Source of the DNA: Erysipelotrichaceae bacterium
GTDB lineage: Bacteria > Bacillota_I > Bacilli_A > Erysipelotrichales > Erysipelotrichaceae
Assembly: GCA_050309795.1 (NCBI GenBank)
Contig: JBNRMW010000016.1
Location: forward strand, 67,257 to 131,256
Direction of reading: 5' to 3'
Length of the DNA: 64,000 nt
Positions within the stretch are counted from its first letter, which is position 1. The number at the start of each line of letters is the position of its first letter. The notes under the pieces were generated by a model. That model saw only the letters and a program-made list of their open reading frames with translations. It did not search any database and was not told the DNA's origin. Positions 47,961 to 58,316 of the stretch are shown here, in pieces. Both the position numbers and the translations under genes were made by a program.

Positions 47961-48872
47961 ATGGAAGTTATCCCACTTCGGCCTCGCGGTTTTTGTAAAG
48001 GGGTCGTGCGCGCGTTGCAATTAGCGAAACAAGCCCGCCTAGAAAATCCAGAGCAAGACATCACCATTTTAGGCTCGTTAGTTCATAATCGTTTTGTTGT
48101 TCAAGCTCTTCAATATTATAACATTAAAACCGTTGAGGACCGACATAAACAACGGATTGATTTGCTAGAAGAAATCACCGAAGGCATCGTGATCTTCTCG
48201 GCTCACGGCGTCAGTACAGCCGTAAAGAAGCGCGCGGCTGAGCGTGGTTTAATTGCCTTGGATGCGACTTGTGAAGATGTGGCCAGTACCCAACAGCTCA
48301 TTGAAGATTATCTAACCATGGGTCGAGAAGTAATCTATGTTGGTAAAGCGTTGCATCCGGAGTCCTTAGCCATCATTGAATCGTATCCAGAAGTACACTT
48401 CATTAGCGATATTAAGCAAGTTGAACAATTAAAACTGTCAACCAACTGCCCTTTTGTTTCCAATCAAACCACACTTTCCACCTTACAGCTGGAGGCTATT
48501 TTTGATGCTTTGGTCCAGCGGTATCCCTTGGCAGAAATCACCAATGAAATCTGTGCAGCGACGCGCTTTCGCCAATTAGCTGTGCTTGAAAGTCATGATC
48601 TCGATGCGTTGATTGTTGTTGGCGATCCTCATAGCAACAATACTCAAATGTTGGCTTCGATTGGCCAGGACAAAGGGATTGCTCACGTCTTTCGCTACGA
48701 GTCCATCGAGGATTTAGATCTCTCCCAGTTTAATAAAAGCTGGCGCGTCGGCATTACTTCCGGTGCATCCACGCCAACCTATTTAACAAATCAACTCATT
48801 GAATATTTAACTGAAGTTAATCTTGATTTTCCACATCCAAAGCCAGAAGTTGATCTACAGAAAATTCTTTAG
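47961..48872 (+). CDS. ispH: 4-hydroxy-3-methylbut-2-enyl diphosphate reductase
   Basis: The three conserved Cys contexts (GFCKGV, DATCEDV, ICAATRFRQ) and SNNT. Confidence 0.92.
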   Translation: MEVIPLRPRGFCKGVVRALQLAKQARLENPEQDITILGSLVHNRFVVQALQYYNIKTVEDRHKQRIDLLEEITEGIVIFSAHGVSTAVKKRAAERGLIALDATCEDVASTQQLIEDYLTMGREVIYVGKALHPESLAIIESYPEVHFISDIKQVEQLKLSTNCPFVSNQTTLSTLQLEAIFDALVQRYPLAEITNEICAATRFRQLAVLESHDLDALIVVGDPHSNNTQMLASIGQDKGIAHVFRYESIEDLDLSQFNKSWRVGITSGASTPTYLTNQLIEYLTEVNLDFPHPKPEVDLQKIL

Positions 48873-49488
48873 TTATGAGTTCAATTAATTGCTTTGCTTT
48901 GGGATTTCGCAGTTGATGTTGGAAATTTTGCCGGTAGAGTTTCGCGGCATAATTTAATAGCTGTGTTTTATCAAGTTTTCCGAAATATTGCTCATATAGA
49001 GAAAGTGTAATTGCTTGACCACGATAATGATAACTTAAAACCCAATAAAAATGATCCTCAAATATTAATTCTTCTTTTATTATTTCGAAACCAAGGGCAG
49101 CCATCTTCACTCTTAAGATCTCTGGTTGATGATGGGGACACATGACTATTTGGGTTGTTTGTTGTGCTTTATTAAAGGAGTCGGTAATAATTTTAATCAT
49201 TAACTCGGCCCCCATACCCGCAAGGACCCAGCATTGGGCAGTTTCAGCCACGTTTTTCATCCCATCGGTTTGATAGAAGCTTGTTTGTTGCTGGTATCCC
49301 GCCTTTTTAAGCGTTTCCTGAGCTCTTTTTAAAGGCATTGCTCGAATATCCGTGCCGATGCCAAACTTGCATTTAGAGCTCTTTAGGGCCGCTAGCAACA
49401 ACTTCCCATGGTCACAACCAATATCAGCCAGTACGGATACTGGCTGAATTTGCTGAAGGATGGTTTGTAAGCGTAGAGACAAATTCAC
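48817..49488 (-). CDS. trmK: tRNA (adenine22-N1)-methyltransferase TrmK
   Basis: LADIGCDHGKL SAM-binding motif, located downstream of sigA as B. subtilis yqfN is. Confidence 0.8.
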   Translation of the reverse strand: MNLSLRLQTILQQIQPVSVLADIGCDHGKLLLAALKSSKCKFGIGTDIRAMPLKRAQETLKKAGYQQQTSFYQTDGMKNVAETAQCWVLAGMGAELMIKIITDSFNKAQQTTQIVMCPHHQPEILRVKMAALGFEIIKEELIFEDHFYWVLSYHYRGQAITLSLYEQYFGKLDKTQLLNYAAKLYRQNFQHQLRNPKAKQLIELITKEFSVDQLLALDVENQD

Positions 49489-49489
49489 G

Positions 49490-50875
49490 CTAATTGCGAT
49501 CCATAAAGTCGCGAAGTCGTTTTGAACGCGACGGATGTTTTAATTTACGTAAAGCTTTGGCTTCAATTTGACGAATCCGCTCACGGGTCACATTGAATTC
49601 TTTACCGACTTCTTCTAAAGTTCGGGTCCGACCATCATAGAGGCCAAAACGCATGCGCAACACTTTTTCTTCACGTTCGGTTAGTCCTTCAAGAACCATA
49701 TTAATTTCTTGTTTTAATAGTTCGTTATTGGCGTATTCCGAAGGAGACATGATTTCTTTATCTTCAATAAAATCACCTAAATGCGAATCGTCTTCTTCAC
49801 CAATAGGCGTTTCAAGAGAAACCGGATCTAACGAAATCTTTTGAATTTCACGAACTTTTTCCGCTGTGATATTGCCCATTTCTTCCGCAATTTCTTCAGC
49901 GGTTGGTTCTCTGCCGTAAACTTGTACGAGTTGACGTTGAATACGTGTTAATTTATTAATGGTTTCAACCATATGGACCGGAATACGAATCGTTCGTGCT
50001 TGGTCAGCAATGGCGCGCGTAATCGCTTGGCGAATCCACCACGTTGCATAGGTCGAAAACTTAAAACCTTTGGTATAGTCAAATTTTTCAACAGCTTTAA
50101 CCAATCCCATATTCCCCTCTTGGATTAAATCTAAAAAAGACATGCCCCGACCAACATATTTCTTGGCAATCGAAACGACTAACCGCAAGTTGGCGGAAAT
50201 AAGGATACGCTTGGCTTGTTGACCATCTAAACGGGTCGCCGTGCAATTATTGAAATAGGCTAAATTTCCTTCATCATCTTTGGATAACAAATACAGTTCC
50301 CTTTCGACAGCTTCTGAATATTCAATGCGTTCTTCGTTTTCCTTGTAGATAGCATTACCTGATAATTCGGCGTATTTTTCTAAAAGTAATAATTCCGCAT
50401 ATAACCCGTCCTCGATGCGGCGAGCGATTTCCGGCTCATCTTCAGGTTCCAGCAAATTAACATAACCAATTTCTTTTAAGTATAATTTTACGGGATCATT
50501 AATCCGCATATTGGAAACCGTTAAATTCTTATTAATATAACTATCCAAGTCGACGACATTGACAGAATCGTCAAAGGGTTCGTCACTATCTTCATCAATA
50601 TAATCTCTTAAATCATCGTCGTCTTCAACAGGTTCGGTAGATAAGGCTTCATCGTCCTCTTGGTCATCGAGGTCTAGCCCTTCAATTTCTATTTTATTCT
50701 TAGCAAACCAGGCGATTAAGTTTTCAGTATCTTCGTCTTCAAGTTCAATGTTGTTGGTTAAATCATCAAAGAATTTTTGAGTAACTTTTTTTTCTTTTTT
50801 AAATTCTTCTAAGATATTTTCTTTAATTTGATCGAGAGTTAATAACTCTTCTTGTGTCTTTTTACGCTTACTCAT
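49490..50875 (-). CDS. sigA: Primary RNA polymerase sigma factor SigA/RpoD (461 aa; acidic N-terminus and an insertion between regions 1.2 and 2)
   Basis: Regions 1.2 ([11 protein letters not shown]), 2 ([13 protein letters not shown]...LIQEGNMGL...[15 protein letters not shown]), 3 and 4 ([20 protein letters not shown]). Confidence 0.96.
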   Translation of the reverse strand: MSKRKKTQEELLTLDQIKENILEEFKKEKKVTQKFFDDLTNNIELEDEDTENLIAWFAKNKIEIEGLDLDDQEDDEALSTEPVEDDDDLRDYIDEDSDEPFDDSVNVVDLDSYINKNLTVSNMRINDPVKLYLKEIGYVNLLEPEDEPEIARRIEDGLYAELLLLEKYAELSGNAIYKENEERIEYSEAVERELYLLSKDDEGNLAYFNNCTATRLDGQQAKRILISANLRLVVSIAKKYVGRGMSFLDLIQEGNMGLVKAVEKFDYTKGFKFSTYATWWIRQAITRAIADQARTIRIPVHMVETINKLTRIQRQLVQVYGREPTAEEIAEEMGNITAEKVREIQKISLDPVSLETPIGEEDDSHLGDFIEDKEIMSPSEYANNELLKQEINMVLEGLTEREEKVLRMRFGLYDGRTRTLEEVGKEFNVTRERIRQIEAKALRKLKHPSRSKRLRDFMDRN

Positions 50876-52625
50876 GAAAGTCCTCCGTTAATAATTGGAT
50901 TTTATGTTGGATTTCAACCATTTGTTGAATGTACTGAGCTTTCTTTTCGACAAGTAGTTCACCTTGTGCTCTTTGTTCGAGTTGTTGTAACAAACCTTTT
51001 AAATCGATGATTTCTATTTGTTTAATGGCTTCTTGAAGGCCACCTAAGGTTAAATCAACATTAAATTGTTCGTTTTCCAATAAGGTGATTAAAACTTCTT
51101 GTTGTAACTCCGAAAGCGAGGTCGACAACATGGCCGCTAAATCGATTTCATCGACATGATTGTATTGATCGATCAGCAACAAAGCTAAATTCGTCATTTG
51201 TGGATGAATCAAATAGCCAAGGTTGTCTCTAAAGTATATAGCAAACTGTTTGGATTTCAAAATATAGACCAGAATTTCCTTTTCAATATTAAGAATCGGT
51301 AACGGTTGCTTCGTGGACACGAGTGGTCGACGTGTCGATTTTTCTGGTTGTTCCATTTGATTTAAGAGACTCTCTAAATCACTATATTCAAAATCGGTTA
51401 ACGTCGCGAGTTGGCGAATAAAGTTGACTTGATCGAGCCGATCAACTTGTCGTAGATGTTTTAGGAAAAATTGAGCAAAATCTTTGCGCCCTTCATAGGC
51501 ACCCAAATTGTAAAGAGTTTTTCCATAATCTAGAACAAATTCTAGCCAGTGCATCGGTGTTTCAACCATTTGAATCAAGGCTTCTTTACCTAATGAATTT
51601 AATAAATCATCCGGATCCAATGGAGTGGAATTATTAAGTACCGATACCTGGAGATTGGCTTGACGTAGACGCTGGCCAATTTGATAATTGGCTTTGATTC
51701 CAGCCTCGTCCCCATCGTAAGCCAAGACAATATCACTGCGCAATTGACTTAATAATGATACCTGTTGATCGGTTAGGGCTGTGCCCAAACTAGCGACTAC
51801 TTTCCGGAACCCGGCTTTATAAAAAGCAATCACATCCATTACCCCTTCGCACAGAATGACAACGTCATTTTTTAAAAGTGGATCCAATACTCGATGGTAG
51901 TTATACAAAACATGCCCCTTTTGATAAAGTGGAGTATTGGCCGTATTAATGTATTTAACATCACTCTCTACAATAGAGCGACCACTAAAACCAACCACCT
52001 GTCCCGAGCTATCTTGGATAGGAAAAAGCACTCGATTGTAAAAGGTATCCCGTAACCGATCGTCCACTAAACGAGAGAGGTCGCTCACCACTAGCAATTC
52101 ATCTTCATAATTTTTACCCTGTAAAAACGATGTCATGGCTTGAGCAGGTCCATTATAGCCAAGCTCAAAATAACTAATAATCTTGGCGTCTAATTGGCGC
52201 GCTTCTAAAAACTTCGTTAACGCTTCACTTGATTCATTTTTTAATTGATATTGAGCAAAACGACTGGCTTCCTGCATGAGTTGTTGCAGGGCTTCAAGAT
52301 GGGGATCGGTCATCTTTTCAAAAACCGGAGCAATATCCAAAGGATACCCAACTTGATCGGCAATAATTTTCACGGCTTCAACAAAAGAAACGCCTTCGTA
52401 CCGTTGCACAAAATTGTAAACATTACCCCCCGCATTACAAACGAAACATTTATAAATTTGTTTTTCACGATTCACATGCATGCTGGGGTTGGAATCGTCA
52501 TGAAATGGACAAAGAGCCAAATAACTACTGCCCTTTTTGGTTAAAGGTAAATAGTTGCCAACAACATCCATGATATCCGCTTTTTGTCGGATCTCTTCAA
52601 TAATTTTAGGATCGATATAGGACAT
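50868..52625 (-). CDS. dnaG: DNA primase
   Basis: Zn finger [15 protein letters not shown], a Toprim domain (EGVMDV, DGDEAG) and a C-terminal helicase-binding domain. Confidence 0.94.
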   Translation of the reverse strand: MSYIDPKIIEEIRQKADIMDVVGNYLPLTKKGSSYLALCPFHDDSNPSMHVNREKQIYKCFVCNAGGNVYNFVQRYEGVSFVEAVKIIADQVGYPLDIAPVFEKMTDPHLEALQQLMQEASRFAQYQLKNESSEALTKFLEARQLDAKIISYFELGYNGPAQAMTSFLQGKNYEDELLVVSDLSRLVDDRLRDTFYNRVLFPIQDSSGQVVGFSGRSIVESDVKYINTANTPLYQKGHVLYNYHRVLDPLLKNDVVILCEGVMDVIAFYKAGFRKVVASLGTALTDQQVSLLSQLRSDIVLAYDGDEAGIKANYQIGQRLRQANLQVSVLNNSTPLDPDDLLNSLGKEALIQMVETPMHWLEFVLDYGKTLYNLGAYEGRKDFAQFFLKHLRQVDRLDQVNFIRQLATLTDFEYSDLESLLNQMEQPEKSTRRPLVSTKQPLPILNIEKEILVYILKSKQFAIYFRDNLGYLIHPQMTNLALLLIDQYNHVDEIDLAAMLSTSLSELQQEVLITLLENEQFNVDLTLGGLQEAIKQIEIIDLKGLLQQLEQRAQGELLVEKKAQYIQQMVEIQHKIQLLTEDFHE

Positions 52626-52628
52626 TAG

Positions 52629-54002
52629 CTACCCTTGTATACGGGATTGAAGATACTTCTCTAAATCTTCGATTGCTACCCGTTCTTGGGCCATCGAGTC
52701 GCGTTCACGTACGGTTACTTGGTTGTCTTCTAAAGTATCAAAGTCATAAGTGATGCAAAATGGCGTCCCAATCGCATCCTGACGGCGATAGCGTTTACCA
52801 ATCGAAGCTGTCTCATCAAAAGTAACCTCAAATCGTTGAGCTAACTTTTCATAAAGTTCTTGGGCATCCGTTGATAATTTTTTTGATAATGGTAAAACAG
52901 CGGCTTTGATTGGCGCTAATTCTGGTGTAAAGCGCATGACAATTCGTGAATCGTCATTATCTAATGGTTCCACATCATAGGCTTCGGTCAAAACCATCAA
53001 CATTAATCGTTCAACACCTACGCTGGGTTCCACACAGTACGGTATATATTTTTTATTCGTTTCAAGATCTAAGACTTCAAAGGATTCTTTAGCATGAATT
53101 TGGTGTTGTTTTAAGTCGTAATCGGTACGATCGGCGACACCCCAAATCTCATCAAAACCCCATGGAAACCGGTATTCGATATCGGCGGTAGCAACTGAAT
53201 AATGAGAAAGTTCTTCCGGACTATGATCCCGTATTTGAAGATTTGTTGGATCAATGCCCAAGTCAACACAAAAAGCCCATGATTTATCTAGCCAATATTG
53301 GTACCATTTTAAGTCTTCACCTGGTTTACAAAAGAATTCTAATTCCATTTGTTCAAATTCACGGGTTCTGAAAATCATGTTGCCTGGGGTAATTTCATTA
53401 CGAAACGATTTTCCAATTTGACCAATACCAAACGGTAATTTTAAACGCATGCTGCGCATCACATTTTTAAAGTTAACAAAAATACCTTGAGCAGTTTCTG
53501 GTCTCAAATACACAATATTGGTTGAATCTTCGGTCACCCCTTGAAAGGTTTTAAACATCAAATTAAAATGACGAATCGTCGTAAAGTCGTGAGAACCACA
53601 GTTAGGACAAGCGATATGGTGTTCTTTAATATAGGCTTCCATAGCTGGAATCGTCATGGAACCAGCATCGACATTAGGCATCGCATCTTCAATTAATTTA
53701 TCGGCTCGATGGCGGGTTTTACACTGGCGACAATCCATTAAAGGATCGCTAAATGTATCCAAATGACCACTAGCCTGCCAAACAGCTGGATTCATTAAAA
53801 TCGCGGCATCCATGCCGACATTAAGCGGTTGAGAATCGATGAACTCCTTCCACCATTTATCTTTTATATTTCGTTTGAGAGCAACACCTAAAGGACCAAA
53901 ATCCCAAGTATTTGCTAGACCTCCATAAATTTGTGAGCCCTGGAAAACAAAGCCAGAAGTCTTCAAATGATTTGTAATTTCTTCAAAATTCTTTTTTGAC
54001 AT
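52629..54002 (-). CDS. glyQS: Glycine--tRNA ligase (single-chain class II GlyQS/GlyRS2 type)
   Basis: Class II motifs ([23 protein letters not shown]). ATG at 54002 lies 5 nt after aaggag. Confidence 0.93.
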   Translation of the reverse strand: MSKKNFEEITNHLKTSGFVFQGSQIYGGLANTWDFGPLGVALKRNIKDKWWKEFIDSQPLNVGMDAAILMNPAVWQASGHLDTFSDPLMDCRQCKTRHRADKLIEDAMPNVDAGSMTIPAMEAYIKEHHIACPNCGSHDFTTIRHFNLMFKTFQGVTEDSTNIVYLRPETAQGIFVNFKNVMRSMRLKLPFGIGQIGKSFRNEITPGNMIFRTREFEQMELEFFCKPGEDLKWYQYWLDKSWAFCVDLGIDPTNLQIRDHSPEELSHYSVATADIEYRFPWGFDEIWGVADRTDYDLKQHQIHAKESFEVLDLETNKKYIPYCVEPSVGVERLMLMVLTEAYDVEPLDNDDSRIVMRFTPELAPIKAAVLPLSKKLSTDAQELYEKLAQRFEVTFDETASIGKRYRRQDAIGTPFCITYDFDTLEDNQVTVRERDSMAQERVAIEDLEKYLQSRIQG

Positions 54003-54024
54003 GGACACTCCTTTTCTTAGCCTT

Positions 54025-54729
54025 CTAATTATATACTATTTGCTGGTAAATTTCCCAACTTTTAAGTCGTAGATTTAGATGAAACTCAAAATAGTCGACG
54101 ATTAATTCAAAAATTTGATGAGAAATGTTTAAATCGTTCAAAACATCAATGACCGTAAAATCGCCCTTAAAAAGCCAGCGAAGATGTTGTAGTTGTTCTT
54201 TACTAAAGGGGGTTGTCGGACTACGACTCACAAACCCCCCTTCCCTTATTGAAAAAGACTTGATTTTTGTACTTTCTTGAAAGACATCGGAATCGACCAA
54301 AGGTTGAAGACCTTGTTGATTTAATAGTTGAACAAGAAATAAAACATATGTTAACATCGGATTTTTCTCTTGATTTAAGATCGAAAAGTATCGATAAACA
54401 AGATCGTATTGATCCGAAATAAAAGAACGGAGTTCATAAGTCACAGAAGCAAGAATTTGTTTTTCAACATTTGTACTCAAATGAATAAAACTCTCTTTTA
54501 GAGCCACCGATTGAGGAATTAATAAACCCGTTTCTTTATAATTGAAAAGAAACTCATAACAATGATAAAGCTGTCCTTTGTTTTTCATTTTTGAATTATG
54601 TTTGCTAAAGCCCCGATATAAAAATCGGCAAATACCATAATCTTTTAATAGGACCCAAACAAGGGCATCGTGTTCCTTATAAGATTGGGTTCCAAGCACA
54701 AGACCAAGACGTTGATCATTCATTCTCAA
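54025..54729 (-). CDS. recO: DNA repair protein RecO
   Basis: The N-terminal OB-fold pattern ([13 protein letters not shown]) and its position after era. Confidence 0.8.
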   Translation of the reverse strand: MRMNDQRLGLVLGTQSYKEHDALVWVLLKDYGICRFLYRGFSKHNSKMKNKGQLYHCYEFLFNYKETGLLIPQSVALKESFIHLSTNVEKQILASVTYELRSFISDQYDLVYRYFSILNQEKNPMLTYVLFLVQLLNQQGLQPLVDSDVFQESTKIKSFSIREGGFVSRSPTTPFSKEQLQHLRWLFKGDFTVIDVLNDLNISHQIFELIVDYFEFHLNLRLKSWEIYQQIVYN

Positions 54730-55600
54730 ACCCTAAAGATTCGAGTTTATTACTTTTATTTCGCCAATCTTTTTCAACACGAACATAAAGCTCTAATTGG
54801 ACTTCTTTATTTAAATACTTACGCATATGTCGTTGGGCTTGTTGGCGAATGCGTTTGATCATCGCCCCCTGCTTGCCCAAAATCATGGGTTTTTGTGATT
54901 CTTTTTGAACCAAAATTAATCCGCTAATTTCCACATAGTCGTCATGTTGAACAAAATGTTCTACGGCACAAGTAATTTGATGAGGGATTTCATCTTTCAT
55001 GGCATAAAGAACTTGTTCCCGAATTAACTCCGCTAACATAAATTGTTCCTGGTAATCAACTACCATGTCTTCAGGAAAGAACAGGATTCCTTCTTCGTCC
55101 AAGTAATCCAAACTCACCTTGAGTAAAGTATCTAAATTATCTTGGTTTAAAGCTGAAACAGGAATAATTTCAGCAAAAGTTCGCTGATCGGTAAATTCAG
55201 TTATCTTAGAAATCAATTCTGGTTTCTTTAAACGATCAATTTTAGTAATCACCAAAAAGATGGGAATATCTAAATCTTTTAAGCGATCGTAGACCAGCTG
55301 ATCTTGAGGGCCAAAGTAGGAAGAACCATCCACCACAAAGTAAATCAAATCCACCCCTTCCACGCTTCCAAACGACTGCCGATTTAAAAGCCGGCCAAAC
55401 TCGTCTTTCGGTTGGTGAATTCCTGGTGTATCAATAAAAACGAGTTGATAATCATCCGTTGTCAAAATACCCCGAATAATATTTCGAGTTGTTTGAGCCG
55501 TCGGTGTGACAATGGAAACCTTTTGATTCATTAATTGATTCACTAAAGTTGATTTCCCCGTATTTGGGCGACCAACGAGAGAAATAAATCCTGATTTCAT
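54716..55600 (-). CDS. era: GTPase Era
   Basis: GRPNTGKST, DTPG and TKID, plus a KH domain C-terminus. Confidence 0.94.
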   Translation of the reverse strand: MKSGFISLVGRPNTGKSTLVNQLMNQKVSIVTPTAQTTRNIIRGILTTDDYQLVFIDTPGIHQPKDEFGRLLNRQSFGSVEGVDLIYFVVDGSSYFGPQDQLVYDRLKDLDIPIFLVITKIDRLKKPELISKITEFTDQRTFAEIIPVSALNQDNLDTLLKVSLDYLDEEGILFFPEDMVVDYQEQFMLAELIREQVLYAMKDEIPHQITCAVEHFVQHDDYVEISGLILVQKESQKPMILGKQGAMIKRIRQQAQRHMRKYLNKEVQLELYVRVEKDWRNKSNKLESLGFENE

Positions 55601-56001
55601 TTAAGCACGTCCTTTGGTCCAAAAGCCATTGGTAATAACTCCCGCATGGTGGTTGTTTTCTCTGCTTTTCCATTACTTAAATGAATGGGCACATCCGCTC
55701 CAATTAATTCTGAAAGGACTTGGCGACAAATTCCACAAGGACCGGCTAAGATCTCACCACTGGAGACAATTCCAATCTCGACGATGTCTTCTTGCTGGTA
55801 TCCTTGAGAATAAACTTGAAATATCGCATTTCGTTCGGCACAAGAAGTTGCCCCAAACGACGCATTTTCGACATTTGCGCCGACAACAACGGTCCCATCC
55901 TTTAATTGGATCGCCGCCCCTACTTTATATTTTGAGTAAGGCGCATAGGCATGTTCCATCGTTTCAAATGCTTTGTCTATTAATTGTTTTTTTTGCATCA
56001 T
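55597..56001 (-). CDS. cdd: Cytidine deaminase
   Basis: CAERNAI and PCGICRQ zinc motifs. Confidence 0.92.
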   Translation of the reverse strand: MMQKKQLIDKAFETMEHAYAPYSKYKVGAAIQLKDGTVVVGANVENASFGATSCAERNAIFQVYSQGYQQEDIVEIGIVSSGEILAGPCGICRQVLSELIGADVPIHLSNGKAEKTTTMRELLPMAFGPKDVLK

Positions 56002-56363
56002 TATCTTCCTCCTAGATATTTTACAAGTATAGCAACCCCAATAAATAAGGCGCCGATACTAACGACTAAGACTGCTCCAGCACTAATGTCTTTTAGTATT
56101 TCAATTCGTTTATCCTGTTTCGGCATCACAACATTGGCTAAATGTTCGATGGCGGAATTCATCAACTCAAAGGCCATGACGACTAATGATAAGCACATCA
56201 TCAACATTATTTCGGTAAATTCAATATTCAAAATCAGCGAGCCAATGAAAACAAGCGAGGTAATGGTTAACATCAATTGCAAGCTCTTGTCTTCTTTTAG
56301 CGCAAAGATTAAGCCATCAATGGCGGCTTTAAACTTCGGCTTTTTTTCGACGGGCGATACCAT
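56001..56363 (-). CDS. dgkA: Diacylglycerol/undecaprenol kinase DgkA family
   Basis: 120-aa three-TM protein with ELMNSAIE and its conserved position between ybeY and cdd. Confidence 0.85.
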   Translation of the reverse strand: MVSPVEKKPKFKAAIDGLIFALKEDKSLQLMLTITSLVFIGSLILNIEFTEIMLMMCLSLVVMAFELMNSAIEHLANVVMPKQDKRIEILKDISAGAVLVVSIGALFIGVAILVKYLGGR

Positions 56364-56766
56364 CTAAAATCTCCTCTTGCAAATTAAACATTTCTAAACG
56401 TTGACTGCTAGTTTCATGATCATATCCTAATAAATGAAGCAATCCATGGGTCACAAGAAAGCAAAATTCGCGTTTTAAACTATGATTATATTCATTTGCT
56501 TGACGAGTAATCGCATCCACGGAAATAAAAATATCGCCCAAATAGGTTGAATCTTCGTCCACAAAGGACAAAACATCCGTCGCTTGGTTGAGATTCCTAT
56601 ACCGATGGTTTAATCGTGTGATCTCTACATCGTCAACTAAAATAACACTCACCTCTTGTTGTTGATTTTGTTGAGTTTTTTTCATCGTTGTTTCATAAAT
56701 CGGTCGTAAATAACGTTGGTAGTGACGCCATTTGTCGGCGACATTTTGTCTATAAAAATATATCAT
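56329..56766 (-). CDS. ybeY: rRNA maturation endoribonuclease YbeY
   Basis: TDVLSF and the HGLLHLLGYDH zinc motif. Confidence 0.92.
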   Translation of the reverse strand: MIYFYRQNVADKWRHYQRYLRPIYETTMKKTQQNQQQEVSVILVDDVEITRLNHRYRNLNQATDVLSFVDEDSTYLGDIFISVDAITRQANEYNHSLKREFCFLVTHGLLHLLGYDHETSSQRLEMFNLQEEILDGIARRKKAEV

Positions 56767-56786
56767 CGCAGCCCTCTTGTGAAAAT

Positions 56787-56795
56787 ATTATAGCA
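56787..56795 (-). promoter_or_regulatory. Extended -10 element (TGCTATAAT) upstream of ybeY
   Basis: The minus strand has TGCTATAAT 20 nt before the ybeY ATG. It follows the phoU terminator. Confidence 0.45.
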
Positions 56796-56848
56796 TATCC
56801 ATGTGGAATATCCGCTCTAGCCTCTTCATTTGTTGACTTTTCAGAGTC

Positions 56849-56879
56849 AGAAAACGTCAGAAATAAACTCTCTGACGTT
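56849..56879 (-). terminator. Terminator after phoU
   Basis: The minus strand has aacgtcaga-gagtttatt-tctgacgtt (9 bp) followed by TTTT. Confidence 0.7.
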
Positions 56880-56913
56880 AAGTAGTGGCTTTCACCATTG
56901 TGTTTTAATAAAA

Positions 56914-57552
56914 TCACCCGAAATCGATATGTTGACCCTTCGCTCGATAAATAACCGATTCTGCCAAGTTTTTGGTATGATCACCTGCCCGTTCAAGATT
57001 ACGGAGCATCGACATTAAATAGTAACCAGCATGGAGTTGTGAATCGGATTTCGATTCGTCTTCAATAAAGTTAATGAGTTCATTCAACGCTTGATCGACG
57101 CGTTCGTCATCGATGGGAATTTCAAAAGCTAGCTCTGGATCGTTATCTTTAATGGCCAAAACAACTTTATCATAATTCGTAATAACTTCTTTAAATAGCC
57201 GTTCGATATAAGGCATCAATTTTGCTGGTACAGGATCGTTTTTTATGATATAACGGGCAATGGATTTATTGTAATCTCCTAAACGTTCCAGGTCAATACT
57301 CATTTGAATCCCAGCAATAACCGTCCGCAAATCGCGGGCTACAGGTTGCATTAGGGAGAGTAATTCAATCGCTTTTTGATTGATTTCTTCTTCATAATGA
57401 TTAATGAAGTCATCCATTTCAATAACTTTTAGAGCCAAGACTTTGTCGTCGTTGAACAAGGCTTGTTCACTCAAAACAAACATCTGGCGCACTTTGTTTG
57501 CCATCAGTTGAATGAGATTTAAATAATTGTTTAGCAGTTCATCTAGTCGCAT
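56914..57552 (-). CDS. phoU: Phosphate signalling regulator PhoU
   Basis: Two PhoU repeats (E..D.. motifs; ERLGDY, ERAGDH). Confidence 0.92.
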   Translation of the reverse strand: MRLDELLNNYLNLIQLMANKVRQMFVLSEQALFNDDKVLALKVIEMDDFINHYEEEINQKAIELLSLMQPVARDLRTVIAGIQMSIDLERLGDYNKSIARYIIKNDPVPAKLMPYIERLFKEVITNYDKVVLAIKDNDPELAFEIPIDDERVDQALNELINFIEDESKSDSQLHAGYYLMSMLRNLERAGDHTKNLAESVIYRAKGQHIDFG

Positions 57553-57563
57553 AATTTTTCTCC

Positions 57564-58316
57564 TTATCCAAATCGTCCAGTTATATATTCTTCTGTTCGT
57601 TTATCACCAGGGGTATGGAATATTTTCGCAGTATCGTCAAATTCAATTAAATCCCCGAGTAAAAAGAACGCCGTTTGGTCCGAAATACGGGCGGCTTGTT
57701 GCATTGAGTGGGTAACAATAACAATGGTATAATCCGCTTTTAACTCTTCCATCAACTCTTCTATTTTTGCTGTAGCTATCGGATCTAGAGCGGAGGTTGG
57801 TTCATCCATCAAGATCACATCCGGCTGTAAAGCGATGGCTCGAGCAATACAAAGCCGCTGTTGTTGACCGCCAGAAAGCCGTAGCGCACTCGTATTTAAT
57901 CGATCCGCAACTTCGTTCCATAAAGCTGCTTTTTCAAGAGAAGTTTTTACCACTTCATCTAAAATTTTCCGATCCTTCACTCCTTGGCAGCGGAGACCAT
58001 AAGCAACATTATCATAAATGCTCATTGGAAATGGATTCGGAGACTGGAAAACCATGCCCACCTTGGTTCTTAATTCAACCACATCCATTTCCGGTGCGTG
58101 TACATCTTCGCCGTTAAATCGTAAATCCCCTTCTATTGTAACATTATCTATAAGGTCGTTCATCCGATTTAAACATCTTAAAAAGGTCGATTTTCCACAA
58201 CCTGATGGACCAATCAACGCTGTAACTTTGTTCCGTTTAATATCAAGTGATATTTCTTTTAGGGCTTGATTATCTCCATAAAAGAGACTTAAATCTTTAA
58301 TCGTAAATGCATTCAT
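57564..58316 (-). CDS. pstB: Phosphate ABC transporter ATP-binding protein
   Basis: [23 protein letters not shown] and the PstB-specific C-terminal motif [10 protein letters not shown]. Confidence 0.95.
   Translation of the reverse strand: MNAFTIKDLSLFYGDNQALKEISLDIKRNKVTALIGPSGCGKSTFLRCLNRMNDLIDNVTIEGDLRFNGEDVHAPEMDVVELRTKVGMVFQSPNPFPMSIYDNVAYGLRCQGVKDRKILDEVVKTSLEKAALWNEVADRLNTSALRLSGGQQQRLCIARAIALQPDVILMDEPTSALDPIATAKIEELMEELKADYTIVIVTHSMQQAARISDQTAFFLLGDLIEFDDTAKIFHTPGDKRTEEYITGRFG

Noticed and set aside
55614-56367. Two long + strand ORFs (133 and 127 aa) exactly antisense to cdd and dgkA
   Set aside because: Neither has a ribosome-binding site, promoter or recognisable motif. The sense-strand genes carry clear catalytic signatures. 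I treat them as antisense shadows, while noting that they are long for an AT-rich genome.
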